A stretch of DNA of 64,000 nucleotides from Octopus vulgaris (taxonomy: Eukaryota): positions 21,762,001 through 21,826,000 of the forward strand of contig OX597840.1 of NCBI GenBank assembly GCA_951406725.2. The letters run 5' to 3'. Below are positions 1 to 12,153 of the stretch, piece after piece (positions within the stretch are counted from its first letter, which is position 1; the number at the start of each line of letters is the position of its first letter). The notes below the pieces were generated by a model, which worked only from the letters and a program-made list of their open reading frames with translations, did no database searches and was not told where the DNA came from. The position numbers and the translations under genes are program-made.

Positions 1-734
1 AAGTGACTGGGTTAACCTTGTTTAATATGTGTTAAGATATGTATTGAACTAACTCCAAAAGTCCTCGGTATAAATCTCTGAATCCTGTTAAACACTAAAG
101 TTTTTTGATGAAATGCAGTTAGTCTCATATAAAAATAATAAAACTGTATTAATTGCCTGTGTGTGACCAAAGTTTGCTGATACCCTATAATGATTGTTGG
201 TGTGCATTGTGAATGTCCACATAATGGGAAGAAGTTCTTTCTGAATTGAGGCTGAAACTTATTTCTTGCACAGACAAGTGCTTAGTTCCAATTACCCCCT
301 CCTACCAAACAGCAGCTATTTGAATTGCAGTTAGGTGTGGTTCAGGACTTGGCTACAATTAGTTTGTTAAAACCTTGTGTTAATGAATTTCATTTCATGC
401 CATAGGCTGATCAAATGATTACAGTTTTCGTGTGTGTGTGTGTGTACAGATAGCATAATCCATAATGTTAAAGGACCAATTTGTCTACCAGTACCAAGAT
501 CAATATAATTGACTCTTATCCTCAGCGTAGCCACTGTCTAGTAACAGCTTTGGCTGTGTATGTGTAGCTCCCTTAAACCTGTGTAGATAAGGGCCAGTGG
601 TTTTAGTAACCATTGATAACTTAGTAACCATAAATTTCTCTCGGGCCTTCTCTATTTGTGTGTGTGCATTTTTGTCTGATAAGAATTGTCTGAAGAAATG
701 TGAAACAATTGACTTTTGATTCTCTCTAATTCAG

Positions 735-821
735 TTGGAATGGTAAACAAACCTGTTCAAGAACAAACACCAGAGTTCCAAATTCAACAAGAAGATTTTC
801 CAGCATTACCTGGCTCTCAGA
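735..821 (+). CDS. CNOT2: CNOT2 internal coding exon (first in window; gene starts upstream)
   Basis: tcag|TTGGAATG...CTCAGA|gtatgt. Encodes GMVNKPVQEQTPEFQIQQEDFPALPGSQ; the EDFPALPG motif is typical of CNOT2/Not2. 87 bp, phase 1-1. Confidence 0.92.
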
Positions 822-1429
822 GTATGTTTCACCTTTTTTGGGTTTTTTTTATACCTTTCTTCCTTCCCTCACCCCTGCCCCCTCTCCTCCTCCCATTCTG
901 CTCAGTACCCTTTAATGTCTTCCTCATATTTCTTCTTCCCCTTCACTTCTCTCTTTCTACTTTATTTTCTTTTTGTCCTGTTTTTTTCTTTCATTTATCC
1001 TTCCCTGTCTCTGATTGCTTTGAACTTTTCAAGTTTAGAACTTGACTATGTATCTATATGTGTCCAGGAAATACGCTGTTAGAAATTTCACCTTAGATAA
1101 AGCATATTATATCAACATTTTTTAAAAATATATATAAAATGTCTTTATTTAGTGTCAAACATTTAACGAACCTGATGGTCATTTAGAATGAAATTTCTTA
1201 TGGGAAAAATGTTTGACCAAATTTCTCATAACTCTTTCTATTTGCCTCTCCCTTCCTTCCTCTCTCCCCAACAGCAGCTTCTAATCTCAATACCTTTCTC
1301 TCTGCTTACCTGAACAATATTCTCCCCCATCTCACCTGCTAAGTACAGCACATTCTCCTTTCAGCATCACTACATCCATTACTATGACAACCAAAGCAGT
1401 CAATTAATCTTCCGCAGTTGCTTACTACC

Positions 1430-1735
1430 TGGCTTTAATCTCCTAAATCCCAACCAATATGGATTTTGATCTGGCAGAGACTGCCTAACACAGTTTCTGC
1501 ATCCCTTTGACAATGTTTAAAATGTTCTCAGGGGAAGCTGCAAACAGGAGATGCCATAAAAGCTTGACTTTGACAACAGAGCACAACATTCTCTTCAGAA
1601 AGATTTATTGAACTGGTTTGTTTCCTGGTTAGCAATACTCCACAGGTCATCAGTGGCTCTACTGGAGCTCAACAAAGGTCACTAGTAGTGTCCTGCAAAG
1701 CTCCGTTAGGTCCACTTCTCTTCATTTATTATCGA
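1430..1735 (+). mobile_element. Highly decayed LINE reverse-transcriptase remnant
   Basis: LNPNQYGF and SSVLQSSV/GPLLFIY-like motifs in broken frames. Confidence 0.45.
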
Positions 1736-1999
1736 GTTGTCAGCTAAACTTTTTTTTTTCAAATTTGGAACTCCATTGTTATATGTTTGAAAAGAAGTAG
1801 AATTATTAAAAATTTGAAAAATAAGTTGTAGAGGAGGAAAAGAACTAAACAGCAACAACAAAAGTCATACAAAAATTATAATCCCTTCTGTCTTTGGCTG
1901 TGTGTGTGAATGTTTTATATTGGATATTTTAATTATTGATCCTGTAGATGAAACTTAATTATCTCCTGTTTTCTTTTTCCCTTCCCTAATTTCTGTTAG

Positions 2000-2040
2000 A
2001 TCCACCTGTGTCAACGACAAATGATTTTTCACGAAAAACT
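2000..2040 (+). CDS. CNOT2: CNOT2 coding exon (41 bp)
   Basis: Polypyrimidine tract then ttag|ATCCACC...AAAACT|gtgagt. Encodes (N)PPVSTTNDFSRKT. Phase 1-0 bridges the flanking exons. Confidence 0.8.
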
Positions 2041-2575
2041 GTGAGTATCCCTGGTTTTATTTTGATTATTTGAAGTGTATCCTGTTGTTTACTTGCTTTT
2101 GCAGGATGGTGTATAGTGGAGTAGGGTGTATAGGGACTTCCCAACCTTACCCTTCTATTTGTTAAGTGGGGGCAGGACTTGAAACTAATTCTAAATTGTC
2201 TTGTGTTATGATGGAAACTTTTGCTGTGAGATATAGAAATTGCAGACATATTTAACCCATTCTGATATGGAAAAATGTAGAGAATATATGAATGATAATT
2301 GAGAAATTCTATGAGTGTGGTGATAGGTCAGCATATGAGAAGTTAATGTTTGCTCACCATGTGGTGAAGAGATTCATTTCTTAATCACAGGGTTTTCAGT
2401 TTGATCTCACTGTCTGATGATACCTTGGGCAAGTATCTTCTCTCATATTTAGTGTTGGGTCAGCTGAAACCTTTGTGAAATTTGATGGACATAGATTGCA
2501 GAAACTGGTTGTCTGATATGCTAGATATGAGAACCCAATCTCATCACACACTACTGATTTTAAAAAATGGTTAGT

Positions 2576-2834
2576 TAACCCTTTTGATACCAATCCGACC
2601 ATGACCATCCCTGCTTCTATGATACAGACTTCCTGTTTTAAGGTGATTTTAATTAAAACCCTCCATCAAAATTTCCTGTAAATTTATGTTCCAAACACTC
2701 GTGTAATTTTCCCTAAATTCTTCATAATTTTCGAGATTAACTGAAACAAAGTGTATTTTAATGTAATTCTAGATGCTATGTTTGAGTAAAAGATGGGATT
2801 GGTATGGCTGGAATGTCTTTGAGTAAAGGGTTGA
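2576..2834. mobile_element. Second TTAA-type MITE family (also 11295-11432)
   Basis: ttaacccttttgataccaa start shared with 11295. Ends aaagggttga here and ggtatcagaatggattaa in the other copy. Confidence 0.55.
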
Positions 2835-2980
2835 TGTAACTAGTAGCTGTAAAGGTAATTAGCTGAAGCATCCCTTTGTAAAGGTTGGAGGCCCTTATAC
2901 GAACCTTTCCCCTTGCCCTCCTGTAAAATTCTGTTTTAATGAGCCGTATAATGACTGTTCGTTATCTTGCTGTCTCTTAG

Positions 2981-3098
2981 CCAACCAGTTCAGTATCGGG
3001 AACATATGAGCAAGCTGTTAGTAAAGATGGTAATAAGTTCCAGGTTGAAAAAACATCCTGTACTAAACCTAACCGCGGTATACAAACACACCATGATG
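2981..3098 (+). CDS. CNOT2: CNOT2 coding exon
   Basis: cttag|CCAACC...CATGATG|gtaagt. Encodes PTSSVSGTYEQAVSKDGNKFQVEKTSCTKPNRGIQTHHD(G); the end resembles vertebrate KGIQVLPDG. Phase 0-1. Confidence 0.88.
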
Positions 3099-3160
3099 GT
3101 AAGTCCATTCCTTCCTTTGTGTGAGAGAGAGTTTGAAGTCCCAAAGCCTTTTGTTTAAGG

Positions 3161-3443
3161 CAGTGATTCTCAACCCTTTTTTTCTTTTTTTTTTTTTTTT
3201 TTACCTTTGGACCCCTTTGATCCCTAATTTACTCAAGTGGATCCTCATAGCAATTCACTGTTTTAAAAAACCCTATTTTAATTATATTTTGATAATTAAA
3301 TATTATTAGGAAGTGTATCAATGCAAATTAAAATATTTTGGTATATTGGAGAAGTAGGACCAACTTATTGGACATAATTTTTAACAACCAAGTCGTATGT
3401 GGGCCCCCCAAGGGTCATGTGGACCCCCGGTTGAGAACCACTG
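3161..3443. mobile_element. hAT-like MITE
   Basis: Inverted ends cagtgattctcaacc ... ggttgagaaccactg; degenerate 8-bp flanks gtttaagg and ctttgaag. Confidence 0.7.
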
Positions 3444-3742
3444 CTTTGAAGCTTTTGTTTTGAGTTCAAATACTGTTGAAATTGTCTTTATATTGTATCC
3501 ATCCTAGGTCTTTATGCTTAAGATATTGATCCTGTAGATCAAACCTCTTTATCTCCTGTTTGTTTTCTTTTTCTCTTCCCTAATCTTTGCTAGCTCCACC
3601 TCTGTCGATGATAATGATATTTAAAAAAAATTTTATCCACCAGTATTTAAGAAGCTGTACTTTAACAGTATTCTATAATGCATCCTTTTTTTCTTTTCTC
3701 TCCCCCCCTCTTTTTTTTTCTTCTTTTTTCACTGTCTTTCAG

Positions 3743-3899
3743 GTACTGTGTCAAATATCCCCTCTGGAATGGTCACCGATCAGTTTGGAATTGTTGGGCT
3801 TCTGACATTCATCAGAGCTGCTGAAAATGATCCTAATCTAGTTGCTTTAGCTCCCGGAATAGATCTCACTACTCTAGGCCTTAATATGAATTCTCCTGA
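3743..3899 (+). CDS. CNOT2: CNOT2 coding exon (NOT1-anchoring region)
   Basis: ttcag|GTACTG...CCTGA|gtaagt. Encodes GTVSNIPSGMVTDQFGIVGLLTFIRAAENDPNLVALAPGIDLTTLGLNMNSPE, highly similar to recalled human CNOT2. Phase 1-2. Confidence 0.97.
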
Positions 3900-4509
3900 G
3901 TAAGTACTCCCTGGTTTTCTTATCGCTACCCTTAACCATTGCTGCTGCAAGTGTTGTTGTTGTTGTTGCTCATTTTTTCCAGTGGAATTACCTCCATCAC
4001 TTCCACCTTATCATTAACTGTTTTATATGTGCACCTCCTCTCTGCATAGTCATTTCCTAAATGTTGCTCCCCGTCTCCCTCATTTTTCCATCTCTCTCTC
4101 TCTCTCTCTCCCATTAGATATCATTTCATAGCTTAGTTACATAAAGACAAACACACATACACTTATATTGCTGGCTATTCTTGGAGAACAACCTACCTGT
4201 AATCACAGGACAGGTGTTTTGCACACAGCAGAGATATAATAACCAGAGATAGTGATTGTTGCTTAGTCCCACCTCAGCTCGACGATGACATGTTTTTCTC
4301 CTAACCAGGCATCATTGTATCAGTATATCTAGGACCACATTATTCAGTGTATTCTTTCTCTTTCCAAGATGCTAGGGTGTAATTTGAGGGAGGTTTAGTT
4401 GCTGTTTCTAGTAGGTTGAGTGATCACATGGAGGCTCTTTTGTCCAATGGTGGAATAAAGCAGTAGTAAATAAGTGACTTGGTTTGAAGAAGAAATGAAA
4501 GTATAATTT

Positions 4510-4892
4510 GTGGAGGGTTGATTGTGGTAAGAAGTTTGCCTTCCAACCACATGGTTCTGGGTTCAGTCCCACTGTGCGGCACCTTGGGCAAGTGTCTTCT
4601 ACAGTAGCTTTGGGCTGACCAAAGTCTTGAGTAGATTTGGTAGACGGAGATTGAAAGAAGCCTCTGTGTGTGTGTGTGTGTGTCTCTGTGTCTGTTTTTG
4701 TTCCCCCCATCACTACTCGACAACCTGTGTTGGTGTGTTGACATCCTTATAACTTAGCAGTTTGGCAAAAAATAGAATAAGTGCGAAGCTTTTAGAAAAA
4801 CAAAAAAAAAAATACTGGGATTGATTTTTTGACTAAAATTCTTCAAGGCAGCCCCCCCAGCATGGCTGTAGTCTATAAAGACAAAAGATAAG
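4510..4892 (+). mobile_element. tRNA-derived SINE, near full length (related pieces ~10875-11020 +, 12565-12720 -, 14065-14210 +, 22185-22255 -)
   Basis: A/B-box-like head gtggtaag...ggttcagtccc, core caccttgggcaagtgtcttct...gaccaaag, (GT)n, and a LINE-like tail cccccagcatggc. Confidence 0.8.
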
Positions 4893-5639
4893 TTTGGGTT
4901 TTACATGGCTTGGAGAGCAACAGAGAGCAGAATAGTTTTGAGCTGAGATTTTATCCTGAGAGGTATGAGACGGTTCATTTGACTTGAACTCTCCTAAATG
5001 GACGTGATGAGAGGTTTCAACATAAACGAATAAGAATTATGAAATGGTTCTGAGGAAAACCTCCATTTCGGACTTCAACTGTAACACACCAACAGCATTT
5101 ACATCGGAGACTGTGAGAAGAGCAGATAAGTTCTTGATAAATATAGCTTTGGTAGTAATTGTACAAAGGGCTGCACACATTCCAGCTGTGCTGCTGTGTG
5201 GAGTAACTCGTCAGATGGACTACGCTTAATTTGAGGGCTTAAGTCTTGTTACATGCAATGTCAAACTGATTTTGAGGTCAACATGTCTATAGTCTCTTCA
5301 ACCACAGTGAGACACAGAAGCAGTATGAAAACCCATCAGATTGATGGCAGTCATGATCCGAGGACCCTAGCCTTACCATGCAGTATCCCTTTGATTCTGC
5401 CTAAAGATTGCATTAACCTTTGACCTTTCACTCCTACCCTACAATGTCCTCAAAATAAACATCATTGAAGTCTCAAAGCTACGAGATAACGGATGTTTAA
5501 TTCAAAACCATGTGAATAAAAGGCATTACATTTGACAGAGTAAAGGCCTAAGGATTAAAGGTGTTTGTGGAATACTCGGCCAGTGATTTCATGATACAAT
5601 ATGTAGGTAGTTCAGTTGGTTGCTCTGTTTGGAACTCTT

Positions 5640-6445
5640 GCTTTGAAACTGTGCCCCTGGCCAACCAAAGGGTTGTGAATGGATTCAGGTGATGGAGACT
5701 GAAAGAAACCTTTGTGTGTGTGTGTGTGTGAGCCCTTGTCTAGACATCACGTGATGACTGTAAATGACCATCCTTGTCATTCACATAAGCTAGAGTTTGT
5801 CCATTTCCAGTCTTCTGTGAAAATCATGCCTGGCCATGGGGGAAATGTTACCTTGCTTGGAAACGGATGACGGTTGGTAAGCGGAAGGGCATCTGAGCAT
5901 AAGGAAACCTGCTTCAATAGATTCCCCCTGATCTATGCAAGCATGGGAACAGTGGACATTAAAACGATGATGATGAGTGTAGATGACATAAGCTAACCAG
6001 GGATACGACACAATTGCTGGCAACCCACAAGATCGAGGTTTGATGATAGCTGGGGTGACTTGCTTGACTTAACCCATACGAAACTGAAGTAAAGAGAATA
6101 TCAAATTATTTGCACACATTTGATGTAGTCCTGGCCGATGCCAGTGTCACGTAACAGGCATGTAAAAAGTACCTTTTGAATTTTGGGCCACATGGAGGTG
6201 ATAAGTGACTGTGACCTTTGGCGATATAGTGTGCTTGAGAAGACTCATCAAGCCAAGTGAAATCCTGGTGGCATGTGACTGGCACCCATTACACTCTTGG
6301 AGTAGTTGCTGTTAGGACGGGCATCCAACTAGAAACCATGCCAAATCAGATTGGAACCTGGTGCAGCTTACCAATTTCAGTCAAACCGTCCAACCCATGC
6401 CAGCATGGAAAGCAGATGCTAAATGAAGATGATGATGATGATAAT
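5640..6445 (+). mobile_element. Cluster of SINE fragments ending in catggaaa...(GAT)n tails
   Basis: Tails at ~5935-5975 and ~6390-6445; shared gaagggcatc motifs. Reverse copies at ~14205-14430, 17190-17400 and 61675-61985. Confidence 0.7.
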
Positions 6446-8540
6446 TGTATTCTGGAACTTATCGACAGTTTCTCTGGCATTAAACAGTTGACTGATGCAC
6501 ACAACACCATTGATAAGATGTTGTCCTTATAAAGACTTACTTGTAGTACTCTTCGATTACAAAGGCTTTCTTGATCTTGGCTGAGGATATCCAATCCAGT
6601 TCCAACATCAGCATCTTATTTCGTCACTATATAGTAGAACTAAGGTGAAAAGAACAGCAGGGTGCCCTAAAAACCACTTGATGAAGGACTGTTGACAAGG
6701 AAAGAAGACGAGAAGGGTGGAGAAGTTAGAATGAGACCAGTAACAGCGGCAGAAAACTGAGCTGATTCAAGAGATCCTGTTGTGGCCTTCTGTGTCTCAT
6801 GGCATGGAGTGAACTAATGAAGTCTTTGATTACCCAGAACCGCCTCTGCCTCTGCTAGGGAACTCTGTCTGTTCATGGTACTTAAGTGTAACCGGGATTA
6901 TCTATTTATCAGGAGTAGAGCTTTGGTGAGAGATTATCTCTATCCGTAACATGTTGCAGTGTCAGTGTTGAGCTACACCCACAGTTGACTTTGTTGGTAG
7001 AAATGTCTAACAGAAAACCATGTGATAATTGATATTGGTATTTGACTATGGAGCTCAGCAGTTTTTCAATTAACCCTTTATTTCTCGTTTTGGGGGTTTT
7101 TTCACTTGACTTTTTGTCTGTTTATTTTTTTTAAAACTATTTTTGTTTGTTTTTTTTTGTGTTTTTACTGTTTCTTTACCATTCTGCTATTGAGGAATCT
7201 TTCATTTGGCTATTGTGTTTCTTTTCCTTTTTTTTTGTTTTCTGGGGAACTAAATGTTTCTTCTCACTGTTTCATTTTAACTTGTAGTGCCCTTTCTGCA
7301 CATCAGAGAAGCATGAGGTTTTGCACAGGAAAACCACAAAGACAGCATATAATGTATGTAAAATGTTAAATGTATGTAGTGGGGTTAGATAGACTATGAT
7401 GGGCTTAGCATCAGCAACATACACTTTTACCCTTGCCCTCTGCCTCTTTCAAGAAGAATATTTAATCAGTCATTTCTTCCTAGTTACATCATTTTCATCA
7501 TATTGTATCATCTCTTTATCCCTTTATTTTCTCTTGTCACAATCACAAACATCTCCATCACTTCCCACTTTATCAATTTCACACTTATTACTAACTTATA
7601 TTCAGAGTATATATGTGTGTGTATATGTATATATATATGTATATATGTGTGTGTGTAATTACTAATTGCTTTTGTTTCTTGTACGATACAAGAACATGAA
7701 AACACTGAATGCACCCTTATGTTAGTAATATATGTTTGTCATAAATGTAAGATAGATAGAATTGCATATCCAAATCCTGGGTTTTGTTCAATCATTCTTG
7801 GTTCTTCTGACTCTGCTGACGTGTACAGTCAACCAAAAGATCCATTGTTCCAAACCTTCCTTGGTATATGTAATCCTCTTTTCATTACACACAACAAATA
7901 TTTTGTACATCTCTATATATATATATATATATTTATTAAAATCATTCAAGTTACTTTTCACTCACTGAACACTTAATATTTTAGATTTCGTAACACTATT
8001 TTTATGCATGCTCACACAAACACACAAACAGTTTGGGGGGGTTATGTTGCAAGGAGGTATGGTAAATTATTGTCCATAGCTAAAATTTTGCCAAGTATAT
8101 CATGAAAGATGTGTGAAAATTCTTTATTTGTAGGTTGCCTTTCTGTAATTTGAAAACACTAACCTTCAATGTCTTTTATGCACAAACATATTTCCTGGTG
8201 TGTACGTCGCAATATGAATACAATTGTCATAATTTTTAAAAAAATGATAATTAGAATGGACTAAGTTTGGCATCATTTGCTATGACACCTTTTTTTTATA
8301 TGTTAATATATATATATTTGCTAATTGATGTTCGTAATTATTTATGTAGGAAAGTAATTAAGAATGTTGGTAATTAAGTCATATGTAAGCATCATATTTA
8401 CGATTTTTTTTTGTTTTTGGGTTTTTTTTATATCATTTATTGATGAAGTTTACCAGTAAAGTCAAACCATTCTATGATTTGAGAGCCTGTGGCAGACTGT
8501 GGGTCCATCCTTAAGACATCCCTTTAAGAAACTTCAGTGT

Positions 8541-8757
8541 TTAACTCTTTAGCATTCCGATTACTCTCTCAGATGTAATGTTTATTCACATTGTTTTGAA
8601 TTAATCCTGGATTATCTCATAGCTTTGAGATTTCAATGCTGTGATTGTAAATTTTTAAACTGACAATGTAGAGTAAGTATGAGAGGCCTGATCCGACTGA
8701 TTTGAACATAAAACAATATTTAGGCCGGATCTGGTTAGTTTAAATGCTAAAGGGTTA
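8541..8757 (+). mobile_element. ~215 bp TTAA-type MITE (further copies ~5410-5560, 21038-21435, 22964-23300)
   Basis: ttaactctttagcatt ... aatgctaaagggtta inverted ends. Internal tttattcacattgttttgaattaatcc...ctttgagatttc shared between copies. Confidence 0.75.
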
Positions 8758-9323
8758 TGTATAATTAGATACAGTAAGGCCAAAATTTACGTGAATATTT
8801 CCTAAAACTGTGGGGTAGGGGTTGGGAACAATTTTATTTATAGGGGCTAATCTCAGATGCATAAGTAAAGGGGTTTTGCTTCAAAAGGATTTTATTAGAA
8901 ATTTCTTCAGCATACAGTTTCAAATTTGAATATGGGTGCAATTTCATGTCTGGACAAGGGTCTGCTGTCCAGACATGGATTTCCTGGTGTACTTTGGGAG
9001 ACATTTCCAGATGATCTCATTTATTCTATGAAATCTGTATGAATTAAAGTCGGTAGAATTGTGTTTCAACACACAACAGACTGCAGTGGATTTGAACTTT
9101 GCAGTTTGATTAATCCTAGATCCACTTGTCCAGTTCACTGCGAATCAGTTAATTCCCCAATACTAGTCATTGCTTTACCAAGTGTCAATTCAAAACCATA
9201 AGGATTTACGCTAAACAACAGTTTTCAAAGTGTTTGCGTTAATAAACTTTTCAAACTTTAGATTGACAACAATTCGATCATTTCAGCTGATGTTGTTGAT
9301 TGGTTTGTTGACACATTCGCATG

Positions 9324-9556
9324 TGTTATATGCAGTGTATATAATTGTTATATGCAGTGTATATAATTGTTATATGCAGTGTATATAATTGTTATATGCA
9401 GTGTATATAATTGTTATATGCAGTGTATATAATTGTTATATGCAGTGTATATAATTGTTATATGCAGTGTATATAATTGTTATATGCAGTGTATATAATT
9501 GTTATATGCAGTGTATATAATTGTTATATGCAGTGTATATAATTGTTATATGCAGT
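9324..9556. repeat. Perfect 22-bp minisatellite, ~10.5 copies
   Basis: (tgttatatgcagtgtatataat)n. Confidence 0.95.
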
Positions 9557-10337
9557 ATATTCTATTTATTCTGACAGTAAAATAATTTATTTTTATTACC
9601 TCGTTATTCCCCAAAGTCTTACGGCTAGTGTTAAGTTTAGAAAAACAGTGAAATAAAAGAAAAACCTTCAAGAAACCAGAAAATGATTCCCCAAACCTTG
9701 GTCTGCAGCAGTTCCAAACTAATGGAACAGCTGCTGTTATTTTCTGGAACTTTCTTTGTATTTTTATGTTTAATTTGTTGGTGTGATTTAGTATCACAGA
9801 CAATTGTATCAACTACAAATTTACTGTTGTACTAATTACAAAGTCTATGATGGAGTCTTTTATTACATGTTATGATGACATTAATTAATAACTAAATCAG
9901 CGTGACTTCTTAGCTTCTCAAATCCAATTTTTATTAATGAAGCTTATGGTTTAATTATCTAATGTTTTATTAAAGATTTTGTTGTGTGTAACCTCATTAT
10001 ATTCTGAAGTTTTACAAGAATTTTGTAAGTCATTTAGTGAGACTGGTAGAAAATTCTGTATATGTAGCACGGAATTTTGCCTTGAAGATCAAATTTAAGT
10101 AGCAAGCATCATTATTATTGAGCGCCATGGCTGCAGAATTGGTAGAGTATCAGATGAAATGCCCTTTAATATTTACCAACCACTTTTTATGTTGAGGTCA
10201 AGTTTGCTTTCATTTTTTGGGGTCAATAAAATTAAGTACCAACCAAATATTAATCTTGATTAAAGCAACAACAATATTCATCCTCAAAATTTCAGACTCT
10301 GTCCCTATTTTGGAAATAATAATAATCTTATCTACTA

Positions 10338-10710
10338 TAGGTACAAGGCCTGAAATTTGGAGGGAGGGGACTAGTTGATTACATGAACCCCAGTGTTTCA
10401 CTAGTACTTCATTTGTTGACCCCAAAAGAATGAAAGGCAAAGTCGACGTCGGCGGGATTTGATCTCAGAAATGCTACTAAACATTTTTCCCAGCTTGCCT
10501 TAATAATAATGGTTTCAAATTTTGGCACAAAGCCAGCAATTTCAGGGGTGGAAGGAGTCGGTCAGTTACATCGACCCCAGTGACCAACTAACAGGTCCTT
10601 TGTTGTACTGACCCTGAAAGGATGAAAGGCAAAGTTGATCTTAGATGGATTTTCACTTAAAAAGTAAAGAACTAGAAGAAATGTTCTAAGCATTTTATCT
10701 TGCAAGCTAA
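10338..10710 (-). mobile_element. Two tandem SINE fragments with Nin/Deu-like core (also 13845-13990, 63900-64000, 10125-10330 +)
   Basis: gattacatcgaccccagt...gaccccgaaaggatgaaaggcaaagtcgac-type motif repeated in the window. The family name is from memory. Confidence 0.6.
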
Positions 10711-12091
10711 CAGTAATTATAATAATTAAGAGTTTATAGTTATGAGGGGTTTTTTTGGTAATAAATTACATTTTGAGTTGGGACCAGCATTCAGTTTGTT
10801 TGCTGATAATTTTGGGGAAAGTCATGGATGTCTCTCAATCTCATTTTCAAAATCCGAGTTGTAACAACATTAAGTGCAGCCATGGATGTGTGAGCAAGAA
10901 GTTTGCTTTATGAGGTACCCGTTGTGGGGTACCTTGGGCAAGTGTTTTCTGCCATTGTATTGAGTTGGCCAATTCCTTGGGTGCCACATTTGGTTAACAG
11001 AAATTGAAGAAACCCATTGTATGAGAGACTCTGTGTGTATATATAACATATATATTGACAGAGATATATATTGATGTGTAAATGTAAAAAGAAAAAACCC
11101 TAATGCTGCAATCCCTCATACCATGTGTTTGTCCTAGGATGTGCAGGTGCTCCTTTATCAATCTCACTGTTGGAAATGCAGTGATTAGCCTGTTAGAAAC
11201 CTGTAGCCAATGACTTTGTTCACAAAATGCAGGATCGAAAAGCAGGTCACATCTTGTTCTGCTTTTAGGGGGATTCCTTAAGTGTACATTACATTAACCC
11301 TTTTGATACCAACTTGGCAGATATTCTGGTTTTGTGATAAAAACTTGATATGTGAATATAAATTCTTCATTATTTCCAAAATTAATTGAAACAAAAGCGG
11401 TGTGAGCAGAGATCTGGTATCAGAATGGATTAATTATCTTGCTGTGGAGAAATAGATTTGTAAAGATTGTCTGGAGTCACTGCATGAGATGGATTAACTT
11501 TGTGTCCTAAAGATGGGGGAAGATTTCTCATCTGCTTACTTCCCATCTTTCATTATGAGCTTCTGTTGTTCAGGTATGAATAACTGGCTTCCACATAGAC
11601 TCGCCTCCCTTGGAACTTGGCATTGTCCCCATTATGGTGATGGAGTGTGTGAAGCATTAATGATCTTTACAAACATTCTAGGTGTTCTGCTCTGTGGGAA
11701 ACATTCTAGATGTTCAGCTCTGTGGGGATGTCTATGTCCTGTTTGTGATTGCAGAGGCACCTGAAACAATTCAACAAAAGCATGGTGCATGCTACAGTCT
11801 TCATCAATTCCAAGTGGCAGCCATAGATTTTATATTCTGAGTTAATTCCTTTGGCAAGGGATAGTGTTAAATAAACTAAGAACTCGTTATATAATTAATT
11901 AAACTCTTCTCTCATAAATCTTATGTTCTTGTTTGAGTATTAGACACCACTATTGTCATTACCATCTTTTATAGATTACTAAACACTTTAATCCAGAAAT
12001 ATCCCTTTAAAGAAGCACCAAAATTATTTTACTGTCAACAACTGATAAAACATCAAAGCTAAATTCTGTTCTGTTTTTTCTCTTCCCTCAG

Positions 12092-12153
12092 AAATCTCTA
12101 TAGTACATTTCAAAGTCCATGGGCTGATTCACCGTGCAGACCGCAAGATATTG
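12092..12153 (+). CDS. CNOT2: CNOT2 coding exon
   Basis: ctcag|AAATCTC...ATATTG|gtttgt. Encodes NLYSTFQSPWADSPCRPQDI(D). Phase 2-1. Confidence 0.95.

Noticed and set aside
822-1045. Extension of the 716-1045 ORF into a hydrophobic tail
   Set aside because: This is read-through of the donor at 822 into a pyrimidine-rich intron.
4520-4580. tRNA gene
   Set aside because: It has only A/B-box-like motifs continuing into a SINE body, with no cloverleaf.
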